Source: Minisyncoccota bacterium (GTDB lineage Bacteria > Patescibacteriota > Minisyncoccia > Phycocordibacterales > PALSA-1337). From it: a stretch of 64,000 nt of DNA. The stretch is from contig JBAYJB010000001.1 in assembly GCA_041665325.1 (NCBI GenBank), positions 162,817 through 226,816 on the forward strand, given 5' to 3'. Positions 1-9,761 of this stretch are shown piece by piece. The notes below the pieces were generated by a model. It had not been told where the DNA came from. It saw nothing but the letters and a program-made list of their open reading frames with translations, and did no database searches. Positions within the stretch are counted from its first letter, which is position 1, and each line of letters opens with the position of its first letter. The position numbers and the translations under genes are program-made.

Positions 1-281
1 CAGCGGCCGAGATCCTAGCCGGTGCTCTCCAGGAGCAGGGAGTAGCCAAGCTCGTCGGCGTCAAGACTTTTGGCAAGGGTTCGGTCCAGGAATTGGTGAA
101 GATCACCGAGGATACTTCGCTCAAGGTCACCATCGCCAGATGGCTGACCCCACAGGGCCACAACCTGTCCCACGATGGCCTCGTTCCCGACTATGAAGTC
201 AAGACGAGTGATGCCGACACCGCAGCCGGCAAGGATCCGGTCACGGACAAAGCCATCGAATTATTAAACGCTCAACCTTAA
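1..281 (+). CDS. C-terminal part of S41 carboxy-terminal processing peptidase (5' end lies outside the window)
   Basis: In-frame translation from nt 3 gives ...AAEILAGALQEQGVAKLVGVKTFGKGSVQELVKITEDTSLKV..., which has the TFGKGSVQ motif typical of CtpA/Prc-family S41 peptidases. The stop is at 279-281. Confidence 0.65.
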   Translation, partial: AAEILAGALQEQGVAKLVGVKTFGKGSVQELVKITEDTSLKVTIARWLTPQGHNLSHDGLVPDYEVKTSDADTAAGKDPVTDKAIELLNAQP

Positions 282-292
282 TATACACCACC

Positions 293-739
293 ATGCAGAT
301 CATCCTATTGAAAGACATCGCCAAGCTTGGCAAGAAGAACGATATCAAAGACGTTTCCAGCGGATACGCCCTCAACCTGCTCATCCCGCGGGGCGACGCC
401 GTCGCGGCCACCAAGCAGTCGCGCAAGCAGGTCGAAGTCCAAAAGATTAAAGCAGAAGGGGAGAGGAAGGTAGAGGATGAGCTCCAAGCCAAGAACATCG
501 AAGGTCTGAACAAGACTGTCCTAACCGTCAAAGGCAAAGCCAACGACAAAGGTCATCTCTTCGCCGGTCTGCACCAGAAGGAGATCGCCGCCGAACTATT
601 CAAGCAAACCCGTCTACAGATCAGTCCGGAATCGATCCAACTCGAACATCCGATCAAAGAAGTCGGCGAGCACACTATTTCCGTCGCCGCGGGAGGGAAG
701 TCAGCCAAGTTCAAGCTCGTTATTGAGGCAGTCAAATAA
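293..739 (+). CDS. rplI: 50S ribosomal protein L9
   Basis: 148 aa. N-terminus MQIILLKDIAKLGKKNDIKDVSSGYALNLLIPRG matches the L9 consensus (MQVILL.DV..LGK.GD...V..GYARNFLIP.G). Confidence 0.9.
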   Translation: MQIILLKDIAKLGKKNDIKDVSSGYALNLLIPRGDAVAATKQSRKQVEVQKIKAEGERKVEDELQAKNIEGLNKTVLTVKGKANDKGHLFAGLHQKEIAAELFKQTRLQISPESIQLEHPIKEVGEHTISVAAGGKSAKFKLVIEAVK

Positions 740-779
740 ATAGCCCTGCAAACAATACTAGCTCTGAAGAACATCTGCA

Positions 780-845
780 GGCGATTCCGAGCACGGAATC
801 GCCGAAGCCGAAGAAGGACCCCTGCAGGGGTCCTTCTGTTTCTGA
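780..845. terminator. Two adjacent GC-rich hairpins between convergent rplI (+) and rpmA (-); likely a bidirectional terminator
   Basis: GGCGATTCCG-agca-CGGAATCGCC (10-bp stem) followed by GAAGGACCCCTGCAGGGGTCCTTC (12-bp perfect palindrome) and then tgtttctg. Confidence 0.5.
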
Positions 846-873
846 AGAGTTAGTATTGCTTGTAGGGCGTAAT

Positions 874-1146
874 TTAGACTACATGCGCGATCTTCTTGCG
901 GAGGATGTCGTTGTTGAAGCCTGTCTTGCGCTTGGTGGAGAATTGGACTGTGCCGCCCTTCATGGCAAAGAGGGTATGATCCTTACCCATGCCGATATTG
1001 CGTCCCGGGAGGACTTCGGTGCCGCGCTGGCGGATGATGATCTGGCCTACCGTGACGGCTTGGCCGTGATTGACCTTGACCCCCAGATATTGAGGATTGG
1101 AATCTCGTCCGTTCTTGGTTGTACCGGCTGCTTTCTTATGGGCCAT
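874..1146 (-). CDS. rpmA: 50S ribosomal protein L27 (start at the internal Met MAHKKAAG; the ORF-track 5' extension to 1206 is probably not translated)
   Basis: [24 protein letters not shown]... matches the L27 signature (MAHKKGGGSTRNGRDS..LGVK). Confidence 0.9.
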   Translation of the reverse strand: MAHKKAAGTTKNGRDSNPQYLGVKVNHGQAVTVGQIIIRQRGTEVLPGRNIGMGKDHTLFAMKGGTVQFSTKRKTGFNNDILRKKIAHVV

Positions 1147-1285
1147 AGTCCAAAGAGTGTAGCATAGGGGAGTAAAACGAGCAAGATTCGGGGCAATTCT
1201 GGCCAATTCCCGTAATATGGCTCTAAATATGGGTATTTGATGTCTGTTATATGGCTCTACAGAGCCATATTATGGTCATAGGGGG

Positions 1286-1314
1286 CTTGACTTACGAGCT
1301 TGAACCTGCTACAC
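1286..1314 (+). promoter_or_regulatory. Sigma70-like promoter (TTGACT-N17-TACACT) upstream of ORF 1369
   Basis: ggggcTTGACTtacgagcttgaacctgcTACACTagtc sits about 55 nt upstream of ATG 1369. Confidence 0.4.
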
Positions 1315-1368
1315 TAGTCTAGTAAGTGAGCTGAAGTAATCGTCATGATTTCCAGGCTCATTTTTTAA

Positions 1369-1833
1369 TTGACAATGATAGAAGTAGCCACTGGTGTGGC
1401 ATTCCTCATGTCTTCGCTCTACGGAGCCGGACACCAGAGTGCCGCAGTTGCCAACGTTGCCGCCGCTCCGACTACTGGGCAGGCGACAACCACCGAAGTT
1501 AGAACATCGGCCAGTTCCAAGGAAGTTGAGGCTTATGTGCGTAAGAACGCCAATGAGCCCCTCTTGATCGAGATCGCCCGCTGTGAATCGACCTTCCGTC
1601 AGTATGACGCGAGTGGTCAGGTCATCAGGGGTAAGGTCAACCGGAACGACGTAGGCGTGATGCAGATCAACGAGCATTATCACGCCGACGACGCACACAA
1701 GCTCGGATATGACATATACACTCTAGAGGGCAATTTGGCCTTTGCCGAATACCTCTATAGCAAGTACGGGAGCGATCCCTGGTCATCTTCAGCCAAGTGT
1801 TGGTCGAAGGGAGCTGAATTAGCTCAGAGATAA
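1369..1833 (+). CDS. Secreted or membrane-anchored protein with a lysozyme-like (Rpf/SLT-type transglycosylase) domain
   Basis: N-terminal hydrophobic segment. CES...GVMQIN motif (catalytic Glu in C-E-S, then G-x-M-Q-I), as in Rpf/transglycosylase-like domains. About 50 nt downstream is a hairpin CCTGCC..GGCAGG followed by a tttgtgttt T-run (about 1897-1945), a likely terminator. Confidence 0.45.
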   Translation: MTMIEVATGVAFLMSSLYGAGHQSAAVANVAAAPTTGQATTTEVRTSASSKEVEAYVRKNANEPLLIEIARCESTFRQYDASGQVIRGKVNRNDVGVMQINEHYHADDAHKLGYDIYTLEGNLAFAEYLYSKYGSDPWSSSAKCWSKGAELAQR

Positions 1834-2034
1834 GTCAGGGATAAACTAAGTAGGTAGAATTTCATTATCAAGTCGAAATATAAGGGCCTCATCCGAAACC
1901 TGCCTACCGGCAGGCAGGGGGTGGGGCCTTTGTGTTTGGCGCGGCGGGCGGCTTTATCGCAATATGCTATGTCGCACAATATACATTATAGACACCATCC
2001 TATATAGCTTAGAGCCACCATGGCCTTATATGCC

Positions 2035-2376
2035 TTATTGGACGAACGGTATGGTCGGCAGGTTCCTAGTCGAGCTGCTGATCTCATTGATGTTAGTGGG
2101 CTGTCCCTCCTTCATGGCCTCTAGATTGTCGATAGCCGGGGTCCAGATCAGATCGATGAAGATGCGCCAGGCATAGCTAGCCGGAACCTTGAGATAGCTG
2201 TCCCAGACCGTGATAGTGGTCGAAGCGACATACGAGACATTGTCCTTGTTGGTCGGCGTGTTGACCAGCTGGCGGAGATTGATGCCGAAATAGCTCAAGA
2301 CGAGCAGGCCAATGATGATGATCAGGATGATCTTGATGAGTCCCCTATCCCCTGCCGGACGATTTTTCATGTCCAT
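2035..2376 (-). CDS. Small hypothetical membrane-anchored protein
   Basis: 113-aa ORF with a poly-Ile/Leu TM segment (IKIILIIIIGLLVLSYFGI). It lies 15 nt downstream of the M23 peptidase gene on the same strand. Confidence 0.4.
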   Translation of the reverse strand: MDMKNRPAGDRGLIKIILIIIIGLLVLSYFGINLRQLVNTPTNKDNVSYVASTTITVWDSYLKVPASYAWRIFIDLIWTPAIDNLEAMKEGQPTNINEISSSTRNLPTIPFVQ

Positions 2377-2391
2377 ATTATAACCTCGATT

Positions 2392-3687
2392 CTACAGACC
2401 TGGCAAATAAGAAAGTGGATTGAGATAGGCCTTGATGGCGGCGATCGGGATGGTCGCGCCTTGGCAATTCCTGCTATTGGTGAAGAGCTTGATCTCCACA
2501 CCCTCCGTAGCGTAGACGCCGAAATGGAGGTGTGGACCGGTGCTAGCTCCAGTATTGCCGCTGTAACCGATGACAGCGCCAGTGGCGACGCTCTGGCCGA
2601 CACTCGCGGTCTGGAGCGATAGATGGGCGTAGAGAGTCGAGAGGCCGTTGGGGTGCGCGATCATGACCCATTTGCCGAACGAGGCGCATGTCCGATAGAG
2701 GTCGGTGTTGCCGGCGCCCACCACGATACCGGAGAGGGCCGCTCGGAGCGGCGTGCCGATCGAGGCCCGCAGATCGATGCCGTTGTGGCCGGCGCCTTTG
2801 TAGACCTGGGGATTGGCGGTGGCAAAAGGCGTGTTGCCGAAGTATTGCGTGACAAAAATGTTGTCGAGCGGCCAAGCTAGAACTGATGTGCCGACCCTCG
2901 GCAAGTTGAGCATGTTCACCGTGAGTTTGAGCTCCGACTCATATTGTGAGATCTCCTTCTCGAATGCGTCTTTGAGCTTCTGCTTATCCACCAGAAGCTT
3001 TTGATAAGCCGTTTCTGAATTCTTGGTCTGCTTGAGGAGGTCATTCTTCTCGGCCTGGGTAGCCAAGACCACCTTGCGCTGACTGTTCAACTGGCTCTGG
3101 AGTTTGACCAGTTCGGCCTTGGCCTTCTCTGTAGCTCTCTTATTGTCCTCCAGATCAGCTTTAGCGACCTGAAGAGCATTGATGCGGCTGCCGAGGTCGG
3201 CCTGCAACTCGACGAGCGCGTCTACAGCTTTCCAGGCGCCGGAGAACGAGCCGGTGGATAGAAGCACCTCCGGCAGAGACAGACGGCCGATCTGGCTGAT
3301 CTCCTTGAATGATTCTTTGACGAAGCGGGTGTCGTCGCTGATCTTGCCTTGAGTCGTGCCGATCTTGGAATTCAACTGCTGGATCTTCAGATTCTGGGTG
3401 TCGATCTTGTCTACTGTGACCGCGATGTCGGCCGCGAGCTTCTTCTGGGTGAGGTCGAGCGATCTGATGACACTGCTCAATGATGACTTCTGAGCATTGA
3501 GGGTGTTGAGCTCCGTCTGATAGCCGCGGATATCCTTCTCGAGCGAGAGGATATCGGCATTGCGCTGGTTGATCTTGGCCTCAAGGTCGGCTACGGAAGT
3601 CTGAGCATGCGTGGCGCGAGGCGCCAAGAATGAGATCAGCAGGAAAAATATTGCCGTTGCGACGAATTTATGGCGGTTGCGAACCAT
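2392..3687 (-). CDS. M23 family metallopeptidase with N-terminal signal peptide and long coiled-coil (EnvC-like murein hydrolase activator/peptidase)
   Basis: Signal peptide FLLISFLAPRATHAQ, then coiled-coil repeats. C-terminal M23 motifs HNGIDL, YSGNTGASTGPHLHF. Confidence 0.8.
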   Translation of the reverse strand: MVRNRHKFVATAIFFLLISFLAPRATHAQTSVADLEAKINQRNADILSLEKDIRGYQTELNTLNAQKSSLSSVIRSLDLTQKKLAADIAVTVDKIDTQNLKIQQLNSKIGTTQGKISDDTRFVKESFKEISQIGRLSLPEVLLSTGSFSGAWKAVDALVELQADLGSRINALQVAKADLEDNKRATEKAKAELVKLQSQLNSQRKVVLATQAEKNDLLKQTKNSETAYQKLLVDKQKLKDAFEKEISQYESELKLTVNMLNLPRVGTSVLAWPLDNIFVTQYFGNTPFATANPQVYKGAGHNGIDLRASIGTPLRAALSGIVVGAGNTDLYRTCASFGKWVMIAHPNGLSTLYAHLSLQTASVGQSVATGAVIGYSGNTGASTGPHLHFGVYATEGVEIKLFTNSRNCQGATIPIAAIKAYLNPLSYLPGL

Positions 3688-3691
3688 GGCA

Positions 3692-5032
3692 TCAGGCGAG
3701 CTTGTTCAGAGCGGCGTTGATCCTATTGATCGACTCTTCCCTGCCGATGATCTCGGCCGAAAGGAACGGGTCAGGCGAACGCTCCTGGCCGGTCAGAGCT
3801 ACACGCAGCGGCCAGAGCACATCTCCCTTGCCGCGCGCCTCGACATACGGCCAGAGTGCTTCTTTGATCTTGGGGGCCGTGAATGAGCTGTCATCGAGCT
3901 TCTTCAGGAAATTGAGACATTCGCGGAGACTGACAGCGGCCTTGGCGGGATCGGGGTCTTTCTTCCATGGGAGCATGGCGGCCTGATATTCACCGACTTG
4001 CCTCACGAAGTACAGCTCGCCACCCGGGTCGAACAGGCCCGCGACTTCGCCGAAAGTGGAGATCTTGTCCTTCAGGACCGGCAGAAGGCGCCGGAAGATC
4101 GGATGCTTAACCGATAGCCATTCCGGCAAGAATGGGATGGCGCGCTCGGTCAGAGCCTCGTCGGATAGCTTGAGGATGTACTGGCGGTTGAACCAGAGCA
4201 ATTTGCTCTCATCGAAGATGGCGCCGCCCTTCTGGACGCGCTCGAGCGAGAAGCCGCTGACGATCTCGTCGAACGACAGGAGCTCGCGGTCGTCGGCCGG
4301 ATGCCAGCCAAGGAGCACGAGATAGTTGACTACGGCTTCCGGCAGGAAGCCGCGATTGCGGTATTCGGTGATCGGGACGGCGCCCTTGCGCTTGGAGAGC
4401 TTGGAACGATCGGCAGAGAGGAGGAGCGGGATGTGCGCGTACTGGGGCACCGGGAATCCTAGGGCTTCATAGAGCAGGATGTGGCGCGGAGTGTTCGAGA
4501 TATGATCTTCGCCGCGGATGACGTGCGTCACTCCGGAGGTGGCGTCATCGACGACCACAGCCATATGGAAGACCGGCTCCGTCTCTGATTTGGCGATCAC
4601 GAAATCGCCGAGCTCGGTCGTGTCGAATTCTACTTTGCCGCGGATCATGTCGTCAAAGGAGACTTTCTTCTTGGGATTCTTGAAACGGATGACTTCCCCC
4701 CTTCTTGGCTCCTTATCGCCTTCCCGAGACTCCTCCTTGGAGACATACGCGTGACCGGAATCAATCAGTCTCTTGATCTGTTCACGGTATACGTCCGTCC
4801 TATCCGACTGTCGGTAGAACTCGTCATAGGTCAATCCTAGCCACTTCAGACTGTCGGTGATATTCTCCTCGTACTCCTTCTTGGAGCGATCCTTGTCGGT
4901 GTCCTCTATGCGCAGAATGAACTTACCCTTGTTCTGACGTGCGAAGATATGGGAGAAGAGGGCTGTACGATAACTGCCGGCATGGAAGTAGCCGGTCGGC
5001 GACGGGGCAAAACGGGTGACGATCTGGCTCAT
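3692..5032 (-). CDS. gltX: Glutamyl-tRNA synthetase
   Basis: RFAPSPTGYFHAGSYRTALF (HIGH-type motif), KLSKRKG (KMSKS-type), and overall GluRS layout. 446 aa. Confidence 0.9.
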   Translation of the reverse strand: MSQIVTRFAPSPTGYFHAGSYRTALFSHIFARQNKGKFILRIEDTDKDRSKKEYEENITDSLKWLGLTYDEFYRQSDRTDVYREQIKRLIDSGHAYVSKEESREGDKEPRRGEVIRFKNPKKKVSFDDMIRGKVEFDTTELGDFVIAKSETEPVFHMAVVVDDATSGVTHVIRGEDHISNTPRHILLYEALGFPVPQYAHIPLLLSADRSKLSKRKGAVPITEYRNRGFLPEAVVNYLVLLGWHPADDRELLSFDEIVSGFSLERVQKGGAIFDESKLLWFNRQYILKLSDEALTERAIPFLPEWLSVKHPIFRRLLPVLKDKISTFGEVAGLFDPGGELYFVRQVGEYQAAMLPWKKDPDPAKAAVSLRECLNFLKKLDDSSFTAPKIKEALWPYVEARGKGDVLWPLRVALTGQERSPDPFLSAEIIGREESINRINAALNKLA

Positions 5033-5053
5033 AGAGACAGTATAACAGAAAAT

Positions 5054-5076
5054 CCGCGGGGACGAGAAAAGCCCCC
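5054..5076 (-). terminator. Rho-independent terminator downstream of ORF 5119..5628 (minus strand)
   Basis: Minus-strand reading GCCCCC-ttcc-GGGGGC followed by ttttctc. Confidence 0.45.
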
Positions 5077-5118
5077 GGAAGGGGGCCTTTCGCCATCGAG
5101 AGATGGAGTTCGGCAGGC

Positions 5119-5628
5119 TTAACCTTTGATGTTAGCGCCGGCGGAGAATGACGAGTGGAAGACACGCATGATGATGTTGTCCTTGGCATCCTTGAGCGGC
5201 AGATCATCCGAAGCGTTGAACTTCTGGTCGCCGTTGTCAGAGTGGAGCATAGCATAATATGTTCCGCCGTCGATCATCGGTTCCGTGAGAGTGACCTTGA
5301 CCGGGCTGATGCCGGCAGCGGCCCAAGCTGAGCCGATGATGGCTCCGGGCTGGCCGTTGCTATCCTTGTGGATGGCGACCCATCCGCCCTTGGCCAACTG
5401 GACCGAAGAGAGGTAGACGACATTGCCTGGATATTGATCGGACATGACAATACCATTTGCCCCCGGTTCGTTGCTCAAGGTATTGACCAGGTCAGGATTG
5501 GAGGTAGCAGGGGCCTTTGAAGGCTTGTTGCTAAAGACCATAACACCGATCACGATAAGGACGATGACGACGATGGCCGTGACTACCCACTGCCAAGTCT
5601 TGACGCCGCTCTGTGTATCTGGATTCAT
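5119..5628 (-). CDS. Hypothetical membrane-anchored secreted protein
   Basis: 169 aa. N-terminal TM WQWVVTAIVVIVLIVIGVMVF. No recognisable catalytic motif. Own terminator downstream. Confidence 0.5.
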   Translation of the reverse strand: MNPDTQSGVKTWQWVVTAIVVIVLIVIGVMVFSNKPSKAPATSNPDLVNTLSNEPGANGIVMSDQYPGNVVYLSSVQLAKGGWVAIHKDSNGQPGAIIGSAWAAAGISPVKVTLTEPMIDGGTYYAMLHSDNGDQKFNASDDLPLKDAKDNIIMRVFHSSFSAGANIKG

Positions 5629-5710
5629 ATGTTTTTAATAGATTACGCTTGTAAATACGACTTTGTTGTAAGTAGGTATTATATCAGCAGATAGGCCCTA
5701 TCGCAAGGTC

Positions 5711-6847
5711 CTACCTCTCATGCTCCAACGCGATATCGAGGATGGCGTCGGCGATAATGTCCGCACTGTCCAGGCGGGCGAAGGCGCGCGCCCGCTCCCT
5801 CATGGTCTCCTTGATGGCCGGCGAACCTTGGATGCGGTCGATCTCGGCCGTGAGGATGTGTGCATGGAGGTTGTCCTCTTCGATGACGGAGGCGGCGCCG
5901 GTGCCGGCATAGGTCAGCGCATTCCGGACCTGGTCATGGGAAACATTCGCCGACAACGGGATGATGATCGACGGCACACCCCAGGCCGCGATCTCGAAAA
6001 TCGTCGAACCGGCGCGTGAGATCACTACATCGGCGACGCCTGCGGCCATGCGGAGCGCCAACTCGTTCAGATAATCGAATGGGTGGTAGCGGTAGGCGTA
6101 CGGATGGTCCTTGAGCACCACATCCGCCGTCTGCTCGACCTCCTGGATGTTGGCGCGGCCAGTCTGATGGATGACTTGATAGCGGTTGAGCAGGTCCGGC
6201 AGAGCTTCGGCGATGATGTCGTTGATATTGGCCGAACCCTGCGAACCGCCCAAGATGAGCACGACCGGCGTGTTCTGTTCGAGCTGGAGGAATTCATGGG
6301 CGCCGTTACGGAGTGGTTGGGCGATCTCAGGCCGGATCGGATTGCCGGTCCGGGCGATCTTGTCCTGATTCTTAGCGCCGAAGTACTCCGCGGCCGTCGG
6401 ATAGGAGACGGCAATCTTGCGGGCGAACTTCCCTGCCCAGAGGTTGGCGCGGCCGGGATGCGAATCGGACTCGTGGATGACGACTGGGATACGCAGCAGC
6501 TTGGCGGCAAAGAGCGCCGGCACGCTGCCATAGCCGCCCTTGCTGAAGACCACATCAGGATACAGCGAATACATCTTCATGAGGCCGATGAGACAGCCGT
6601 AAGCTGTCTTGAAGAGATCGAGGAAATTGAGCAGGGAGAAATAACGGCGCATCTTGCCGGCAGGCACGGCCACGAACTTTATCTCATTGTCGAACAGAGC
6701 CCGCTTGTTGTATGGCGTCGGAGCCATGAAGATGAGTTCCGGCGAAAGGATGTGGCGCTCCCGGGCGCGCTTGATCAGAGCTTCGGCCACGGAGATGATG
6801 GGATAGAAATGGCCGCCCGTCACGCCGCCTGTGAACAATATCTTCAT
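5711..6847 (-). CDS. murG: UDP-N-acetylglucosamine--N-acetylmuramyl-(pentapeptide) pyrophosphoryl-undecaprenol N-acetylglucosamine transferase
   Basis: MKILFTGGVTGGHFYPIISVAEAL... G-loop, and GT28 C-terminal domain (GGSQGS). 378 aa. Confidence 0.9.
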   Translation of the reverse strand: MKILFTGGVTGGHFYPIISVAEALIKRARERHILSPELIFMAPTPYNKRALFDNEIKFVAVPAGKMRRYFSLLNFLDLFKTAYGCLIGLMKMYSLYPDVVFSKGGYGSVPALFAAKLLRIPVVIHESDSHPGRANLWAGKFARKIAVSYPTAAEYFGAKNQDKIARTGNPIRPEIAQPLRNGAHEFLQLEQNTPVVLILGGSQGSANINDIIAEALPDLLNRYQVIHQTGRANIQEVEQTADVVLKDHPYAYRYHPFDYLNELALRMAAGVADVVISRAGSTIFEIAAWGVPSIIIPLSANVSHDQVRNALTYAGTGAASVIEEDNLHAHILTAEIDRIQGSPAIKETMRERARAFARLDSADIIADAILDIALEHER

Positions 6848-6904
6848 AATGTGTCTAATTCTAGCTTGAAAAGGGGTTAAGGAGAAGTGGGTTAAATAGG
6901 CGTC

Positions 6905-8002
6905 CTACTTCTTGTACTTCGATATATTCGCCACTATCCCGGCAGAGGCAAGGGTAATGACGAGGGCCGTGCCTCCGTTCGACACGAAGAGGAGCGGCAA
7001 GCCGGAGACCGGCACAAGGCCGAGCATAGCGGCGATGTTCAGGAAGGATTCGCTAACCACCAGGATGGCGATGCCGGTCGCGACCGCGGCGCCAAAGGAA
7101 TCCTGCGCCCGAGTGCCCACACGGAAGGCGCTACCGACGAATAAGGCGTAAAAGGTCAGGAGTATCATGCTACCGAAAAAACCGAATTCCTCCGCCGCCA
7201 CGGCGTAGATCGAGTCATCAGTCGGCTGCGGCAGATAGCCGAACTTCTGGATGCTCTGACCGAAGCCGCGGCCAAAGAGCCCGCCCGAACCGATGGCGAT
7301 GAGCGACTGGTTGATCTGATAGCTCGAGCCTTGGGTGTTGGTGTTGCGATCGAAGAACACTTTGACGCGCTCCATGGCGTACGGACGCAGGAAGACGACG
7401 CTGACCACCAAGATCACACCGAAAAGCCCGGCGGTCATGATATAGCGGAGCGGTAGGCCGGCGATGAAGAGCATGGCGATACCGGTCGCCCCGATGATCA
7501 CCAGAGTATCAGTGTCAGACTGAATGAGCAGGAGGACGCCGAGGATCGACATGAGGACTATATAGGGCACCAGGCCAAAGCGAAAAGTCCTGATACGATC
7601 CCTGGCAAAATGTATCCAAGCAGACAGATAGATGATGAAACCGATCTTCAAAAGCTCCGACGGTTGGAAAGATAATAAGCCGAAGGAGAGCCAGCGGGAA
7701 GCACCGTTGTAGTGGAGGGTCAGACTAGGAATGAAAAGTAGGAGGTTCACCGCCACCGCCCCGAAAAATATGAAAAAGGCCAGTTTCCTCCAGTTCGTAT
7801 ATTTGATCTTCGAGATGACGAAGAATAGAACGCCGCCAAGAATGAGAGAGATCATCTGCTTCAGGGCGATCGTTCCAAAGTTCGCGCCATTCTGCGTGAG
7901 CAGCCCGAGCGAAGCGGACAAGAAGATGACGAAGCCGGCAATCGCCAGAGCCCCCGTAGTCAACAGAAAGAAACGATCTATCTTGGCGCGAGAATTCATC
8001 AC
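6905..8002 (-). CDS. ftsW: SEDS-family peptidoglycan glycosyltransferase FtsW/RodA
   Basis: 365 aa, about 10 TM helices, typical FtsW/RodA pattern. 4-nt overlap with scpB, and murG is directly downstream. Confidence 0.8.
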   Translation of the reverse strand: MMNSRAKIDRFFLLTTGALAIAGFVIFLSASLGLLTQNGANFGTIALKQMISLILGGVLFFVISKIKYTNWRKLAFFIFFGAVAVNLLLFIPSLTLHYNGASRWLSFGLLSFQPSELLKIGFIIYLSAWIHFARDRIRTFRFGLVPYIVLMSILGVLLLIQSDTDTLVIIGATGIAMLFIAGLPLRYIMTAGLFGVILVVSVVFLRPYAMERVKVFFDRNTNTQGSSYQINQSLIAIGSGGLFGRGFGQSIQKFGYLPQPTDDSIYAVAAEEFGFFGSMILLTFYALFVGSAFRVGTRAQDSFGAAVATGIAILVVSESFLNIAAMLGLVPVSGLPLLFVSNGGTALVITLASAGIVANISKYKK

Positions 8003-8586
8003 TTCCCTATTGTAGCATCAGCCGCGACAGGTGCGGTGGGTGCGGCAGACTCCTCGGTGGCATTGCTCTGCTTGAAGCCCTCGATCTCATTCCTGATCTG
8101 CTCATATTCCGGCAATTCGATGATCTTCGAGACTCCCAGATGGGAAAGTAAGTCTAGAGTGGGCTTGTATAGGTAGCTCCGAGCGTCTGCGGGGTTGTCG
8201 ACACGCTCTACCAGGCCGCGGATGAGCAGAGCCCGCAGGATGAACTGTGAATTGACTCCACGGATGTAGTCTATCTCGGCTCGTGAGATCGGTCCTTGAT
8301 ACAAAACAATTGAAAGTGTTTCTAACCCGGCCTTACCAAGATCTCGTGTCAATTCGTCTTTTGTAAGCTTCTCAATCAACGGCGATAATTCCTTGGCTGT
8401 ACCCAACATGACATCGTCGTCGGTCTGGACTAGTGTCACCCCCCTGCCCTTCAGAGAATTATCGAGCTCGATCAAGCCCGCCCTGATCGACTTCACATCG
8501 ACGTCCAAGAGCGCAGCCAACTTCTTGATGCCGACCGGCTCGGCTTTCCAGAACAGGACGGCTTCTATCTTCTTGGCGAGTTCCAT
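7999..8586 (-). CDS. scpB: Segregation and condensation protein B
   Basis: EAVLFWKAEPVGIKKLAALL...LSIVLYQGPISRAEIDYIRGVNS winged-helix ScpB pattern. Follows scpA. Confidence 0.85.
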   Translation of the reverse strand: MELAKKIEAVLFWKAEPVGIKKLAALLDVDVKSIRAGLIELDNSLKGRGVTLVQTDDDVMLGTAKELSPLIEKLTKDELTRDLGKAGLETLSIVLYQGPISRAEIDYIRGVNSQFILRALLIRGLVERVDNPADARSYLYKPTLDLLSHLGVSKIIELPEYEQIRNEIEGFKQSNATEESAAPTAPVAADATIGK

Positions 8587-8605
8587 ATAGGTGGATTATA
8601 TCAGA

Positions 8606-9379
8606 TTAATATCTTGGCACGCCCACTTCCTTGGTCTGCATCTCGATATCGGAGAAATCGCGTTCCTGCGAGACTTGCAGGACGCCCTGTTTGACCAGCT
8701 CGAGCATAGCCAAGAAGCTCACGATCACGCTGATGCGCTCGCCTTTGTGTTCAGACGTGAATTGCCGGAAGCTCATCTTGAGCTGGCTGCCAATGCGCTC
8801 CGTCAGGTTGCCGATCATCTCTTCGAGACTAACGACCTTGCGGACGGTGACCTTGGACAGCGTCTCCTTCTTGGGCAGGCGGTTGACCAGATCCTTGAGA
8901 GTGTTCAGGGCCTTTTCCAGCGTGAATGCGGGATCAGGGGCGAATACCGGATGGACGGCCCTCGACTCCTGCTGGGAGAAGATCATATCGCCATCCCAGA
9001 GGGCTTGGACCTGCCGGCTGGCCTCCTTGATGCGCTTGTAGATCTTGAGGCGGATCTCCAGGTCATGGATATCGCCCTGCTCTTCTTCGGTCAGGTTCAA
9101 ATCTGGGAGCAGGGACTTGGACTTGATGAGGAGGAGCGTCGAAGCCACCAAGATGAAGTGCGCCGACTCCCCCATGGGCATTTCGACAAAATTCCTCACA
9201 TGCTCGATGAAGTCGTCGGTGACTTTCGATAGCGAGATATCGTTGACGAGGAGCTTGCGCTGTTCGATCAATTCGAGCAACAGATCCAACGGACCTTCAA
9301 ATGATGAGGTTTTGATGGTGAAGGGCATTGTTTCAGGCAGGTGTACGCTCAAGCTGTTCGATATGAGTCCTGTGATCAA
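8606..9379 (-). CDS. scpA: Segregation and condensation protein A (kleisin)
   Basis: FEGPLDLLLELIEQRKL...DISLSKVTDDF motif, a ScpA hallmark. 257 aa. Confidence 0.85.
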   Translation of the reverse strand: MITGLISNSLSVHLPETMPFTIKTSSFEGPLDLLLELIEQRKLLVNDISLSKVTDDFIEHVRNFVEMPMGESAHFILVASTLLLIKSKSLLPDLNLTEEEQGDIHDLEIRLKIYKRIKEASRQVQALWDGDMIFSQQESRAVHPVFAPDPAFTLEKALNTLKDLVNRLPKKETLSKVTVRKVVSLEEMIGNLTERIGSQLKMSFRQFTSEHKGERISVIVSFLAMLELVKQGVLQVSQERDFSDIEMQTKEVGVPRY

Positions 9380-9653
9380 TCAGCTCCTCCCGATACATCT
9401 GCATCTCGGCTTTGATAGGGCGGAGCTCTTCGCCAAATATATCTCTGACCTCCTCTCTCGTCGGCCTAGTCTCGATGAGTTCCTTAACCAGTCCCATCCG
9501 ATGATCGAACTCATTCAAGGCAACCCCGATATAATGCTCAACTCTGGCAGAAAATCTCTTTTCTGCTGCAGAGACAGCAGTATCGACAGCCTTGCTTACA
9601 GCCCTATCTACAGAAACATCTATATATTTTGAAATATTTGGTTCAATACGCAT
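9333..9653 (-). CDS. Hypothetical small helical protein (start assumed at internal Met MRIEPN; ORF-track start is 9704)
   Basis: ORF of 106-123 aa with an AT-rich 5' part. Overlaps the scpA start by 47 nt in another frame. No homology recognised. Confidence 0.3.
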   Translation of the reverse strand: MRIEPNISKYIDVSVDRAVSKAVDTAVSAAEKRFSARVEHYIGVALNEFDHRMGLVKELIETRPTREEVRDIFGEELRPIKAEMQMYREELIDHRTHIEQLERTPA

Positions 9654-9761
9654 TGGAATATTGTGATAGTAATAATACCACAATCTTAGCAATTGCAGGT
9701 TCAAGGAATCTTCAAGAAAGGTTAAAATCCTGATGAATTTTTGTTCAAATTCTAGTGAAGA

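Noticed and set aside
874-1206. 20-aa N-terminal extension on L27 ([20 protein letters not shown])
   Set aside because: L27 universally starts at MAHKK, so the internal Met at 1146 is the real start.
6083-6880. Long antisense ORFs inside murG, dnaK (13947..14426, 14128..14817), leuS, valS, ftsW, etc.
   Set aside because: They lie on the opposite strand of confidently identified conserved genes in GC-rich DNA. Their amino-acid composition is Arg/Ala/Gly/Pro-biased, as expected for spurious antisense frames.
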